Positions 15,001-30,900 of a stretch of 64,000 bases of DNA are shown here, piece after piece. The notes below the pieces were generated by a model, which saw only the letters and a list, made by a program, of their open reading frames with translations, had not been told where the DNA came from and did not search any database. How positions within the stretch are numbered: the stretch's first letter is position 1; the number at the start of each line of letters is the position of its first letter. Source of the DNA: Squalus acanthias (Eukaryota). Location of the stretch: positions 136,526,001 through 136,590,000 of the forward strand of contig CM059431.1 in assembly GCA_030390025.1 (NCBI GenBank), in the 5' to 3' direction. The position numbers and the translations under genes were made by a program.

Positions 15001-17240
15001 TGAACTGCCTCTAACCGGGGAATGAAGAGTGAGACATAGAGAATGAACTGTCTCTAACCGTGGACGGAAGAGTGAAAAATGGAGAATGAACTGTCTCTAA
15101 CCGGGGACTGAAGAGTGAGACATGGAGAATGAACTGCCTCTAACCGGGGAATGAAGAGTGAGACTTGGAGAATGAACTGCCTCTAACCGCGGACTGAAGA
15201 GCAAGACATGGAGAATGAACTGTCTCTAACCGTGGATGGATGAGTGAAACATGGAGAATGAACTGTCTCTAGCCGGGGACTGAAGAGTGAGACATGGAGA
15301 ATGAACTGTCTCTAACCGGGGGCTGAAGAGCGAAACATGGCAAATGAACTGCCTCTGAACGGCGACTGAAGAGTGAGACATGCAGAATGAACATCCTTCA
15401 GCAAGGGAATGAAGAACTAGACATGGAGAATGAAGTGCCTCTGAACGGGGACTGAAGAGTGAGACATTCAGAATGAATAGCCTTTTGCCAGGGAATGAAG
15501 AAATAGACATGGAGAATGAACTGTCTCTAACCGGGGACTGAAGAGCGAGACATCCAGGTTAAATTGCCTCTAATTGCGGACAGAGGTGCGAGAAATGGAG
15601 TATTTTCTGTCTCCAACTGGTGTCTGAAGAGTGAAACATGGAGAACGAACTTCCTCTATGTGGTGACCGGAGAGCGTGACAAGTGAAATCAACTGTCTAT
15701 GCGGGGAATGAAGACAGTGACATGGAGAATGAACTGTCTCGAACCGCGGACGGAAGAGTGAAAAATGGAGAATGAACTGTCTCTAAGCGGGGACTGAAGA
15801 GTGAGACACGGAGAATGAACTGCCTCTAACCGGGGAATGAAGAGTGAGACTTGGAGAATGAACTGAATCTAACCGCGTACTGAAGAGCAATACATGGAGA
15901 ATGAACATTCTCTAACCGTGGATGGATGAGTGAAAAATGGAGAATGAACTGTCTCTAACCGGGGACTGAAGAGTGAGACATGGAGAATGAACTGTCTCTA
16001 ACCGGGGGCTGAAGAGCGAGACATGGAGAATGAACAGCCTCTGAACGGGGACTGAAGAGTGAGACATGCTGAATGAACATCCTTCAGCTAGGGAATGAAG
16101 AACTAGACATGGAGAATGAACTGTCTCTAACAGGGGGCTGAAGAGTGAGAAACGGAGAATGAACTGTCTCTAACCGGGAAATGAAGTGCGAGACATGAAT
16201 AATGAACTGTCCCTAACCGGGGACTGAAGAATGAGACATGGAGAATGAATGGTCTCTAACCGGGGACTGATGAGAGAGACATGGAGAATGAACTGTCTCC
16301 AACTGGGGAATGAAATGCAAGATATGTAGAATGAACTGTCTTTAACTGGGGATTGAAGAGCGAGACATGGAAAATGAACTGTCTCTAACTGGGGACTGAT
16401 GAGCGAGACATGGAAAATGAACTTCCTCAATCCGGGGAATGAAGAGCGAGAAATTGAGAATGAACTGTCTCTAACCGGGCACTGAAGAGCGAGACATGGA
16501 GGATGAATTGTCTCTTACTGGTGACTGAAGAGTAGGACATGGAGATTGATCTGCCTCAATCTGGGGAATGAAGAGTGAGACGTGGAGACTGAACTGTCTC
16601 TAACCAGAACTGAAGAGCGAGACATGGGGAATGAACTGCCTCTAACCGTAAACTGAAGAGCGAGACATGGGGAATGAACTGCCTCTAACCGTAAACTGAA
16701 GAGCGAGACATGAAGAATGAACTGCCTCTAACCGTGGACTGAAGAGTGAGACATGGAGAATGAACTGCCTCTAAACGGGGGCTGAAGAGTGAGATATGGA
16801 GAATGAACTGTCTCTAATCGTGGACTGAAGAGTGAGTCATGGAGAATGAACTGCCTCTAACCAGAGACTGAAGAGCGAGACATGGAGAATGAACTGCCTC
16901 TAACCGGGGACTGAAGGGTGTGACATGGAGAATGAACTGTCTGTAACCGGGGACTGAGGAGTGAGACATGGAGAATGAACTGCCTCTAACCGGGGACTGA
17001 AGAGTGTGACATGGAGAATGAACTGCCTCTAACCAGAGACTGAAGAGTGAGAGATGGAGAATGAACTGCCTCTAACTGTGGACTGAAGAGTCAGACGTGG
17101 AGAATTAAATACCTCTAATCGGGGACTGAAGAGTGAGACATGGAGAATGACCTAACTCGAACCGGGGACTGAAGAGAGAGACATGGAGAAAGAACTGTCT
17201 CTAACTGGGGACTGAAGAGTGAGTCATGGAGAATGAACTG
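1..17240 (+). repeat. Multi-kb duplicated satellite blocks, family A: ~1-3680, ~5156-8620, ~14046-17240
   Basis: Near-identical variant order. ORF-track twins are offset by 4940 (1181/6121, 2125/7065, 2683/7623) and 14045 (279/14324, 1181/15226, 2125/16170). The offset of 5155 at the start (279/5434) implies a 215-bp (5-monomer) indel. Confidence 0.88.
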
Positions 17241-20200
17241 CCTCTAACCGTGGACTGAAGAGTGAGACATGGAGAATGAACTGCCAATAAACGGGGGCTG
17301 AAGAGTGAGATATGGAGAATGAACTGTCTCTAATCGTGGACTGAAGAGTGAGTCATGGAGAATGAACTGTCTCAAACCGGGGACTGAAGAGTGAGACATG
17401 GAGAATGAACTGCCTCTAACCGGGGACTGATGAGCGAGAAATGGAGAATGAACTGCCTCTAAACGGGGACTGAAGAGCGAGACATGGAGAATGAACTGTC
17501 TCTAACTGGGGACTGAAGAGTGAGACATGGAGAATGAACTGCCTTTAACCAGGAATGAAGAGTGAGAGATGGAGACTGAAAAGCCTCTAACCGGGGACTG
17601 AAGAGCGAGACATGGAGAATGAACTGACTCTAACCGGGGACTGAGGAGCGAGACATGGAGAATGAAGTGTCTCTACCGGGGACTGAAGAGCGAAACACGG
17701 AGAATGAACTGCCTCTAACTGGGGAATGAAGAGCGAGACATGGAGAATGAACTGCCTCTATCCGGGGACTGAAGAGTGCGATATGGAAAATGAACTGACT
17801 CTAATCAGTGACAGAACAGCGAGACATGGAGAATGAACTGTCTCTAACCGGGGACTGAAGAGTGAGACATGGAGAATGAACTGTCTCTAACCGGGGAATG
17901 AAGAGCAAGACATGGAGAATGAACTGCCTGAATCCGGGGAAAGAAGAGCGAGACATGGAGAATGAATTGTCTCTAACCGGGGAATGAAGCGCGAGATATG
18001 GAGAATGAACTGCCTCAAACTGGGGACTGAAGAGTGAGATATGGCGAATGAACTGTCTCTAAATGTGGAATGAAGAGCGAGACATGGAGAATGAACTGCC
18101 TCTAACCGGGGAGTGAAGAGCGAGACATGAAGAATGAACTGCCTCTAACAGCGGACTTATGAGCAAGACATGTAAAATGAACTGCCTCTAACCGGGGAAT
18201 GAAGAGCAAGACATGGAGAATGATCTGTCTCTAACCGTGGATGGATGAGTGAAAAATGGTGGATGAACTGTCTCTAACCGGGGACTGAAGAGTGAGACAT
18301 GGAGAATGAACTGTCTCTAACCGGGGGCTGAAGAGCGAGACATGGAGAATGAACTGCCTCTAACCGGGGACTGAAGAGCGAGACATGGAGAATGAACAGT
18401 CTCTAACTGGGGACTGAAGAGTGAGACACGGAGAATGAACTGCCTTTAACCAGGAATGAAGAGCGAGACATGGAGAATGAACTGCCTCTAACCGGGGACT
18501 GAGGAGCGAGACTTGGAGAATGAAATCTCTCTAACCGGCGACTGAAGAGTGAGAGATAGAGAATGAACTGTCTCTAACCGTGGACGGAAGAGTGAAAAAT
18601 GGAGAATGAACTGTCTCTAACCGGGGACTGAAGAGTGAGACATGGAGAATGAACTGCCTCTAACCGGGGAATGAAGAGTGAGACTTGGAGAATGAACTGC
18701 CTCTAACCGCGGACTGAAGAGCAAGACATGGAGAATGAACTGTCTCTAACCGTGGATGGATGAGTGAAAAATGGAGAATGAACTGTCTCTAACCGGGGAC
18801 TGAAGAGTGAGACATGGAGAATGAACTGTCTCTAACTGGGGGCTGAAGAGCGAGACATGGAGAATGAACTGCCTCTGAACGGGGACTGAAGAGTGAGACA
18901 TGCAGAATGAACATCCTTCAGCTAGGGAATGAAGAAATAGACATGGAGAATGAACTGCCTCTGAACGGGGACTGAAGAGTGAGACATTCAGAATGAATAG
19001 CCTTTTGCCAGGGAATGAAGAAATAGACATGGAGAATGAACTGCCTCAAACCGGGGACTGAAGAGTGAGACATGGAGAATGAACTGCCTCTAACCGGGGA
19101 CTGATGAGCGAGACATGGAGAATGAACTGCCTCTAACCGTAAACTGAAGAGCGAGACATGGAGAATGAACTGCCTCTAATCGAGGACTGAAGAGCGAGAT
19201 ATTGAGAATGAACTGCCTCTAACAGGGGAATTAAGACCGAGGCATGGAGAATGAACTGCCTCTAACCGGGGAAGGAAGAGTGAGACATGGAGAATGAACT
19301 GTATTTAACCGGGAACTGCGGGCCAAGACATGGAGAATGAACTGCCTCTAACCGTGGAATGAAGAGTGAGACATTGAGAAGGAACTGTCTCTAACCGGGG
19401 ACTGAAGAGCGAGACATGGAGAATGAACTGTCTCTAACTGGGGACTGAAGAGAGAGACATTGAGAATGAACTGTCTCTAAACGGGGACTGAAGAGTCGAA
19501 CATGGAGAAAGAACTGCCTCTAAACGGGGACTGATGAGCGAGACATGGAGAATGAACTGTCTCTAACTGGGGACTGAAGAGTGTGATATGGAGAATGAAC
19601 TATCTCTAATCGGGGACTGAAGAGTGAGTCATGGAGAATGAACTGCATCTAACCGTGGAATGAATAGTGAGACATTGAGAAGGAATTGTCTCTAACCGGG
19701 GACTGAAGAGCGAGACATGGAGAATGAACTGTCTCTAATCGGGGACTGAAGAGTGAGTCACGGAGAATGAACTGCCTCAAACCGGGGACTGAAGAGTGAG
19801 ACATGGAGAATGAACTGCCTCTAACCGGGGACTGATGAGCGAGACATGGAGAATGAACTGCCTCCAAGCGTAAACTGAAGAGCGAGACATGGAGAATGAA
19901 CTGCCTCTAACCGGTGGCTGAAGAGAGAGACATGGAGAATGAACTGCCTCTAATCGGGGACTGAAGAGCGAAATATTGAGAATGAACTGCCTCTAACTGG
20001 GCAATTAAGACCGAGACATGGAGAATGAATTGCCTCTAACCGGGGAAGGAAGAGTGAGACATGGAGAATGAACTGTATTTAAACGGGGACTGCGGGCCAG
20101 GACATGGAGAATGAACTGCCTCTAACCGTGGAATGAATAGTGAGACATTGAGAAGGAACTGTCTCTAACCGGGGACTGAAGTGTGAGACATGGAGAATGA

Positions 20201-21949
20201 ATTGCCTTTAACCAGGAATGAAGAGCGAGACATGGAGAATGATAAGCCTCTAACCGGGGACTGAAGATCGAGACATGGAGAATGAACTGACTCTAACCGG
20301 GAACTGAGGAGCGAGACATGGAGAATGAACTGTCTCTACCGGGGACTGAAGAGCGAAACACGGAGAATGAACTGCCTCTAACTGGGGAATGAAGAGCGAG
20401 ACATGAAGAAAGAAATGTCTCTAACCGGCGACAGAAGAGTGAGACATGGAGAATGAACTGCCTCTATCCGGGGAATGACGAGCGAGACTTGGTGAATGAA
20501 CTGCCTCTATCCGAGGACTGAAGAGTGCGATATGGAAAATGAACTGACTCTAATCAGTGACAGAACAGCGAGACATGGAGAATGAACTGTCTCTAACCGG
20601 GGACTGAAGAGTGAGACATGGAGAATGAACTGTCTCTAACCGGGGAATGAAGAGCAAGACATGGAGAATGAACTGCCTGAATCCGGGGAAAGAAGAGTGA
20701 GACATGGAGAATGAATTGTCTCTAACCGGGGAATGAAGCGCGAGATATGGAGAATGAACTCCCTCAAACTGGGGACTGAAGAGTGAGATATGGACAATGA
20801 ACTGTCTCTAACTGTGGAATGAAGAGCGAGAGATGGAGAATGAACTGCCTCTAACCGGGGAGTGAAGAGCGAGACATGAAGAATGAACTGCCTCTAACAG
20901 CGGACTTATGAGCAAGACATGGAAAATGAACTGCCTCTAACCGGGGAATGAAGAGTGAGACATGGAGAATGAACTGCCTCTAACCGGGGAATGAAGAGCA
21001 AGACATGGAGAATGAACTGTCTCTAACCGTGGATGGATGAGTGAAAAATGGTGGATGAGCTGTCTCTAACCGGGGACTGAAGAGTGAGACATGGAGAATG
21101 AACTGTCTCTAACCGGGGGCTGAAGAGTGAGACATGGAGAATGAACTGTCTCTGAACGGGGACTGAAGAGTGAGACATGCAGAATGAACATCCTTCAGCC
21201 AGGGAATGAAGAACTAGACATGAAGAATGAATTGCCTCTGAACGGGGACTGAAGAGTGAGACATTCAGAATGAATAGCCTTAAGCCAGGGAATGAAGAAA
21301 TAGACATGGATAATGAACTGCCTCTAACCGGGGACTGAAGAGCGAGACATGAAGATGAACTACCTCTAACAGTGGACTGAAGAGTGAGACAGGGAGAATG
21401 AACTGCCTCTAAACGGGGGCTGAAGAGTGAGATATGGAGAATGAACTGTCTCTAATCGGGGACTGAAGAGTGAGTCATGGAGAATGAACTGTCTCAAACC
21501 GGGGACTGAAGAGTGAGACATGGAGAATAAACTGCCTCTAACCGGGGACTGATGAGCGAGACATGGAGAATGAACTACCTCTAAACGGGGACTGAAGAGC
21601 GAGACATGGAGAATGAACTGTCTCTAACTGGGGACTGAAGAGTGAGACATGGAGAATGAACTGCCTTTATCCAGGAATGAAGAGCGAGAGATGGAGAATG
21701 AAAAGCCTCTAACCCGGGACTGAAGAGCGAGACATGGAGAATGAACGGACTCTAACCGGGGACTGAGGAGCGAGACATGGAGAATGAAGTGTCTCTACCG
21801 GGGACCGAAGAGCGAAACACGGAGAATGAACTGCCTCTAACTGGTGAAAGAAGAGCGAGACATGGAGAATGAACTGCCTCTATCCGGGGACTGAAGAGTG
21901 CGATATGGAAAATGAACTGACTCTAATCAGTGACAGAACAGCGAGACAT

Positions 21950-24900
21950 GGAGAATGAACTGTCTCTAACCGGGGACTGAAGAGTGAGACATGGAGAATG
22001 AACTGTCTCTAACCGGGGAATGAAGAGCAAGACATGGAGAATGAAATGCCTGAATCAGGGGAAAGAAGAGCGAGTTATGGAGAATGAATTGTCTCTAACC
22101 GAGGAATGAAGCGCAAGATATGGAGCATGAACTGCCTCAAACTGGGGACTGAAGAGTGAGATACGGCGAATGAACTGTCTCTAAATGTGGAATGAAGAGC
22201 GAGACATGGAGAATGAACTGCCTCTAACCGGGGAGTGAAGAGCGAGACATGAAGAATGAACTGCCTCTAACAGCGGACTTATGAGCAAGACATGGAAAAT
22301 GAACTGCCTCTAACCGGGGAATGAAGAGCAAGACATGGAGAATGAACTGTCTCTAACAGTGGATGGATGAGTGAAAAATGGTGGATGAACTGTCTCTAAC
22401 CGGGGACTGAAGAGTGAGACATGGAGAATGAACTGTCTCTAACCGGGGGCTGAAGAGCGAGACATGGAGAATGAACTGCCTCTAACCGGGGACTGAAGAG
22501 CGAGACATGGAGAATGAACAGTCTCTAACTGGGGACTGAAGAGTGAGACATGGAGAATGAACTGCCTTTAACCAGGAATGAAGAGTGAGACATGGAGAAT
22601 GAACTGCCTCTATCCGGGGAATGACGAGCGAGACATGGAGAATGAACTGCCTCTATCCGAGGACTGAAGAGTGCGATATGGAAAATGAACTGCCTCTAAT
22701 CGGGGACAGAAGAGCGAGACATGGAGAATGAACTGTCTGTAACTGGGAACTGAAGAGTGAGACATGGAGAATGAACTGTTCTAACCGGGGACTGAAAAGT
22801 GAGACATGGAGAATGAACTGTCTCTAACCGGGGAATTAAGAGCAAGACATGAAGAATGAACTGCCTCTAACAGCGGACTTATGAGCAAGACATGGAAAAT
22901 GAACTGCCTCTAACCGGGGACTGAAGAGTGAGACATGGAGAATGAACTGTCTCTAACCGGGGGCTGAAGAGCGAGACATGGAGAATGAACTGCCTCTAAC
23001 CGGGGACTGAAGAGCGAGACATGGAGAATGAACAGTCTCTAACTGGGGACTGAAGAGTGAGACATGGAGAATGAACTGCCTTTAACCAGGAATGAAGATC
23101 GAGACATGGAGAATGAACTGTCTCTATCCGGGGAATGACGAGCGAGACATGGAGAATGAACTGCCTCTATCCGAGGACAGAAGAGCGAGACATGGAGAAT
23201 GAACTGTCTGTAACTGGGAACTGAAGAGTGAGACATGGAGAATGAACTGTTCCAACCGGGGACTGAAAAGTGAGACATGGAGAATGAACTGTCTCTAACC
23301 GGGGAATGAAGAGCAAGACATGGAGAATGAACTGCCTGAATCCGGGGAAAGAAGAGCGAGACATGGAGAATGAATTGTCTCGAACTGGGGACTGAAGAGT
23401 GAGACATGGAGAACGAATTGTCTCTAACCGGGGAATGAAGAGTGAGATATGGAGAATGAACTGCCTCAAACTGGGGACTGAAGAGTGAGATATGGAGAAT
23501 GAACTGTCTCTAACTGAGGAATGAAGAGCGAGACATGGAGAATGAACTGCCCCTAACCGGGGAGTGAAGAGCGAGACATGAAGAATGACTTCCTCTAACA
23601 GCGGACTGAGGAGCAAGACATGGAGAATGAACTGCCTCTAACCGGGGAATGAAGAGTGAGACATGGAGAATGAACTGCCTCTAACCGGGGAATGAAGAGT
23701 GAGACATAGAGAATTAACTGTCTCTAACCGTGGACGGAAGATTGAAAAATGGAGAATGAACTGTCTCTAACCGGGGACTGAAGAGTGAGACATGGAGAAT
23801 GAACTGTCTCTAACCGGGGAATGAAGAGAAAGACATGGAGAATGAACTGTCTCTAAATGTGGAATGAAGAGCGAGACATGGAGAATGAACTGCCTCTAAC
23901 CGGGGAGTGAAGAGCAAGACATGAAGAATGAACTGCCTCTAACAGCGGACTTATGAGCAAGACATGGAAAATGAACTGCCTCTAACCGGGGAATGAAGAG
24001 TGAGACATGGAGAATGAACTGCCTCTAACCGGGGAATGAAGAGCAAGACATGGAGAATGAACTGTCTCTAACCGTGGATGGATGAGTGAAAAATGGTGGA
24101 TGAACTGTCTCTAACCGGGGACTGAAGAGTGAGACATGGAGAATGAACTGCCTTAACCGGGGACTGAAGAGTGAGACATGGAGAATGAACTGTCTCTAAC
24201 CGGGGGCTGAAGAGCGAGACCTGGAGAATGAACTGCCTCTAACCGGGGACTGAAGAGCGAGACATGGAGAATGAACTGTCTCTAACTGGGGACTGAAGAG
24301 TGAGACATGGAGAATTAACTGCCTTTAACCAGGAATGAAGAGCGAGACATGGAGAATGAACTGCCTCCATCCGGGGAATGACGAGCGAGACATGGAGAAT
24401 GAACTGCCTCTATCCGAGGACTGAAGAGTGCGATATGGAAAATGAACTGCCTCTAATCGGGGACAGAAGAGCGAGACATGGAGAATGAACTGTCTGTAAC
24501 CGGGAACTGAAGAGTGAGACATGGAGAATGAACTTTTCTAACCGGGGACTGAAAAGTGAGACATGGAGAATGAACTGTCTCTAACCGGGGAATGAAGAGC
24601 AAGACATGGAGAATGAACTGCCTGAATCCGGGGAAAGAAGAGCGAGACATGGAGAATGAATTGTCTCGAACTGGGTACTGAAGAGTGAGACATGGAGAAC
24701 GAATTGTCTCTAACCGGGGAATGAAGCGCGAGATATGGAGAATGAACTGCCTCAAACTGGGGACTGAAGAGTGAGATATGGAGAATGAACTGTCTCTAAC
24801 TGAGGAATGAAGAGCGAGACATGAAGAATGAACTTCCTCGAACAGCGGACTGAAGAGCAAGACATGGAGAATGAACTGCCTCTAACCGGGGAATGAAGAG

Positions 24901-27900
24901 TGAGACATGGAGAATGAACTGCCTCTAACCGGGGAATGAAGAGTGAGACTTGGAGAATGAACTGCCTCTAACCGCGGACTGAAGAGCAAGACATGGAGAT
25001 TGAACTGTCTCTAACCGTGGATGGATGAGTGAAAAATGGAGAATGAACTGTCTCTAACCGGGGAATGAAGAGTGAGACATGGAGAATGAACTGTCTCTAA
25101 CCGGGGGCTGAAGAGCGAGACATGGAGAATGAACTGCCTCTGAACGGGGACTGAAGAGTGAGACATGCAGAATGAACATCCTTCAGCTAGGGAATGAAGA
25201 ACTAGACATGGAGAATGAACTGCCTCTGAACGGGGACTGAAGAGTGAGACATTCAGAATGAATAGCCTTTTGCCAGGGAATGAAGAAATAGACATGGAGA
25301 ATGAACTGCCTCAAACCGGGGACTGAAGAGTGAGACATGGAGAATGAACTGCCTCTAACCGGCGACTGATGAACGAGACATGGAGAATGAACTGCCTCTA
25401 ACCGTAAACTGAAGAGCGAGACATGGAGAATGAACTGCCTCTAACCGTTGGCTGAAGACTGAGACATGGAGAATGAACTGCCTCTAATCGGGGACTGAAG
25501 AGCGAGATATTGAGAATGAACTGCCTCTAACAGGGGAATTAAGACCGAGGCATGGAGAATGAACTGCCTCTAACCGGGGAAGGAAGAGTGAGACATGGAG
25601 AATGAACTGTATTTAACCGGGGACTGCGGGCCAACACATGGAGAATGAACTGCCTCTAACCGTGGAATGAATAGTGAGACATTGAGAAGGAACTGTCTCT
25701 AACCGGGGACTGAAGAGCGAGACATGGAGAATGAACTGTCTCTAACTGGGGACTGAAGAGAGAGACATTGAGAATGAACTGTCTCTAAACGGGGACTGAA
25801 GAGTCGAACATGGAGAATGAACTGCCTCTAAACGGGGACTGATGAGCGAGACATGGAGAATGAACTGTCTCTAACTGGGGACTGAAGAGTGAGACATGGA
25901 GAATGAACTGCCTTTAACCAGGAATCAAGAGCGAGAAAAGCCTCTAACCGGGGACTGATGAGCGAGACATGGAGAATGAACTGCCCCTAACCGTAAACTG
26001 AAGAGCGAGACATGGAGAATGAACTGCCTCTAACCGGTGGCCGAAGAGAGAGACATGGAGAATGAACTGCCTCTAATCGGGGACTGAAGAGCGAGATATT
26101 GAGAATGAACTGTCTCTGACTGGGGAATTAAGACCGAGACATGGAGAATGAACTGCCTCTAATCGGGGACTGAAGAGCGAGATATTGAGAATGAACTGCC
26201 TGTAACTGGGGAATTAAGACCAAGACATGGAGAATGAACTGCCTCTAACTGGGGAAGGAAGAGTGAGACATGGAGAATGAAGTGTATTTAACCGGGGACT
26301 GCGGGCCAAGACATGGAGAATAAACTGCCTCTGAACGGGGACTGAAGAGTGAGACATTCAGAATGAATAGCCTTTTGCCAGCGAATGAAGAAATAGACAT
26401 GGAGAATGAACTGCCTCTAACTGGGGACTGAAGAGTGAGACATGGAGGTTAAATTGCCTCTAATTGCGGAGAGAGGTGCGAGAAATGGAGTATTATCTGT
26501 CTCCAACTTGTGTCTGAAGAGTGAAGCATGGAGAACGAACTTCCGCTAAGTGGAGACCGAAGAGCGTGACACGTGAAATCAACTGTCTATGCGGGGAATG
26601 AAGACAGTGACATGGAGAATGAACTGTCTCGAACCGTGGACGGAAGAGTGAAAAATGGAGAATGAACTGTCTATAACCGGGGACTGAAGAGTGAGACATG
26701 GAGAATGAACTGCCTCTAACCGGGGAATGAAGAGTGAGATTGGAGAATGAACTGCCTCTAACCGCGGACTGAAGAGCAAGACATGGAGAATGATCTGTCT
26801 CTAACCGGGAAATGAAGTGCGAGACATGAAGAATGAACTTCCCTAACCGGGGACTGATGAGCGAGACATGGAGAATGAACTGTCTCTAACTGGGGACTGA
26901 AGAGTGAGACATGGAGAATGAACTGCCTTTAACCAGGAATGAAGAGCGAGAAAAGCCTCTAACCGGGGACTGATGAGCGAGACATGGAGAATGAACTGCC
27001 CCTAACCGTAAACTGAAGAGCGAGACATAGAGAATGAACTGCCTCTAACCGGGGAATGAAGAGCAAGACATGGAGAATGAACTGTCTCTAACCGTGGATG
27101 GATGAGTGAAAAATGGTGGATGAACTGTCTCTAACCGGGGACTGAACAGTGAGACATGGAGAATGAACTGCCTTAACCGGGGACTGAAGAGTGAGACATG
27201 GAGAATGAACTGTCTCTAACCGGGGAATGAAGAGCAAGACATGGAGAATGAAATGCCTGAATCAGTGGAAAGAAGAGCGAGTTATGGAGAATGAATTGTC
27301 TCTAACCGAGGAATGAAGCGCAAGATATGGAGCATGAACTGCCTCAAACTGGGGACTGAAGAGTGAGATACGGCGAATGAACTGTCTCTAAATGTGGAAT
27401 GAAGAGCGAGACATGGAGAATGAACTGCCTCTAACCGGGGAGTGAAGAGCGAGACATGAAGAATGAACTGCCTCTAACAGCGGACTTATGAGCAAGACAT
27501 GGAAAATGAACTGCCTCTAACCGGGGAATGAAGAGCAAGACATGGAGAATGAACTGTCTCTAACAGTGGATGGATGAGTGAAAAATGGTGGATGAACTGT
27601 CTCTAACCGGGGACTGAAGAGTGAGACATGGAGAATGAACTGTCTCTAACCGGGGGCTGAAGAGCGAGACATGGAGAATGAACTGCCTCTAACCGGGGAC
27701 TGAAGAGCGAGACATGGAGAATGAACAGTCTCTAACTGGGGACTGAAGAGTGAGACATGGAGAATGAACTGCCTTTAACCAGGAATGAAGAGTGAGACAT
27801 GGAGAATGAACTGCCTCTATCCGGGGAATGACGAGCGAGACATGGAGAATGAACTGCCTCTATCCGAGGACTGAAGAGTGCGATATGGAAAATGAACTGC

Positions 27901-30900
27901 CTCTAATCGGGGACAGAAGAGCGAGACATGGAGAATGAACTGTCTGTAACTGGGAACTGAAGAGTGAGACATGGAGAATGAACTGTTCTAACCGGGGACT
28001 GAAAAGTGAGACATGGAGAATGAACTGTCTCTAACCGGGGAGTGAAGAGCAAGACATGAAGAATGAACTGCCTCTAACAGCGGACTTATGAGCAAGACAT
28101 GGAAAATGAACTGCCTCTAACCGGGGAATGAAGAGTGAGACATGGAGAATGAACTGCCTCTAACCGGGGAATGAAGAGCAAGACATGGAGAATGAACTGT
28201 CTCTAACCGTGGATGGATGAGTGAAAAATGGTGGATGAACTGTCTCTAACCGGGGACTGAAGAGTGAGACATGGAGAATGAACTGCCTTAACCGGGGACT
28301 GAAGAGTGAGACATGGAGAATGAACTGTGTCTAACCGGGGGCTGAAGAGCGAGACCTGGAGAATGAACTGCCTCTAACCGGGGACTGAAGAGCGAGACAT
28401 GGAGAATGAACTGTCTCTAACTGGGGACTGAAGAGTGAGACATGGAGAATTAACTGCCTTTAACCAGGAATGAAGAGCGAGACATGGAGAATGAACTGCC
28501 TCCATCCGGGGAATGACGAGCGAAACATGGAGAATGAACTGCCTCTATCCGAGGACTGAAGAGTGCGATATGGAAAATGAACTGCCTCTAATCGGGGACA
28601 GAAGAGCGAGACATGGAGAATGAACTGTCTGTAACCGGGAACTGAAGAGTGAGACATGGAGAATGAACTTTTCTAACCGGGGACTGAAAAGTGAGACATG
28701 GAGAATGAACTGTCTCTAACCGGGGAATGAAGAGCAAGACATGGAGAATGAACTGCCTGAATCCGGGGAAAGAAGAGCGAGACATGGAGAATGAATTGTC
28801 TCGAACTGGGTACTGAAGAGTGAGACATGGAGAACGAATTGTCTCTAACCGGGGAATGAAGCGCGAGATATGGAGAATGAACTGCCTCAAACTGGGGACT
28901 GAAGAGTGAGATATGGAGAATGAACTGTCTCTAACTGAGGAATGAAGAGCGAGACATGAAGAATGAACTTCCTCGAACAGCGGACTGAAGAGCAAGACAT
29001 GGAGAATGAACTGCCTCTAACCGGGGAATGAAGAGTGAGACATGGAGAATGAACTGCCTCTAACCGGGGAATGAAGAGTGAGACTTGGAGAATGAACTGC
29101 CTCTAACCGCGGACTGAAGAGCAAGACATGGAGATTGAACTGTCTCTAACCGTGGATGGATGAGTGAAAAATGGAGAATGAACTGTCTCTAACCGGGGAA
29201 TGAAGAGTGAGACATGGAGAATGAACTGTCTCTAACCGGGGGCTGAAGAGCGAGACATGGAGAATGAACTGCCTCTGAACGGGGACTGAAGAGTGAGACA
29301 TGCAGAATGAACATCCTTCAGCTAGGGAATGAAGAACTAGACATGGAGAATGAACTGCCTCTGAACGGGGACTGAAGAGTGAGACATTCAGAATGAATAG
29401 CCTTTTGCCAGGGAATGAAGAAATAGACATGGAGAATGAACTGCCTCAAACCGGGGACTGAAGAGTGAGACATGGAGAATGAACTGCCTCTAACCGGCGA
29501 CTGATGAACGAGACATGGAGAATGAACTGCCTCTAACCGTAAACTGAAGAGCGAGACATGGAGAATGAACTGCCTCTAACCGTTGGCTGAAGACTGAGAC
29601 ATGGAGAATGAACTGCCTCTAATCGGGGACTGAAGAGCGAGATATTGAGAATGAACTGCCTCTAACAGGGGAATTAAGACCGAGGCATGGAGAATGAACT
29701 GCCTCTAACCGGGGAAGGAAGAGTGAGACATGGAGAATGAACTGTATTTAACCGGGGACTGCGGGCCAACACATGGAGAATGAACTGCCTCTAACCGTGG
29801 AATGAATAGTGAGACATTGAGAAGGAACTGTCTCTAACCGGGGACTGAAGAGCGAGACATGGAGAATGAACTGTCTCTAACTGGGGACTGAAGAGAGAGA
29901 CATTGAGAATGAACTGTCTCTAAACGGGGACTGAAGAGTCGAACATGGAGAATGAACTGCCTCTAAACGGGGACTGATGAGCGAGACATGGAGAATGAAC
30001 TGTCTCTAACTGGGGACTGAAGAGTGAGACATGGAGAATGAACTGCCTTTAACCAGGAATCAAGAGCGAGAAAAGCCTCTAACCGGGGACTGATGAGCGA
30101 GACATGGAGAATGAACTGCCCCTAACCGTAAACTGAAGAGCGAGACATGGAGAATGAACTGCCTCTAACCGGTGGCCGAAGAGAGAGACATGGAGAATGA
30201 ACTGCCTCTAATCGGGGACTGAAGAGCGAGATATTGAGAATGAACTGTCTCTGACTGGGGAATTAAGACCGAGACATGGAGAATGAACTGCCTCTAATCG
30301 GGGACTGAAGAGCGAGATATTGAGAATGAACTGCCTGTAACTGGGGAATTAAGACCAAGACATGGAGAATGAACTGCCTCTAACTGGGGAAGGAAGAGTG
30401 AGACATGGAGAATGAAGTGTATTTAACCGGGGACTGCGGGCCAAGACATGGAGAATAAACTGCCTCTGAACGGGGACTGAAGAGTGAGACATTCAGAATG
30501 AATAGCCTTTTGCCAGCGAATGAAGAAATAGACATGGAGAATGAACTGCCTCTAACTGGGGACTGAAGAGTGAGACATGGAGGTTAAATTGCCTCTAATT
30601 GCGGAGAGAGGTGCGAGAAATGGAGTATTATCTGTCTCCAACTTGTGTCTGAAGAGTGAAGCATGGAGAACGAACTTCCGCTAAGTGGAGACCGAAGAGC
30701 GTGACACGTGAAATCAACTGTCTATGCGGGGAATGAAGACAGTGACATGGAGAATGAACTGTCTCGAACCGTGGACGGAAGAGTGAAAAATGGAGAATGA
30801 ACTGTCTATAACCGGGGACTGAAGAGTGAGACATGGAGAATGAACTGCCTCTAACCGGGGAATGAAGAGTGAGATTGGAGAATGAACTGCCTCTAACCGC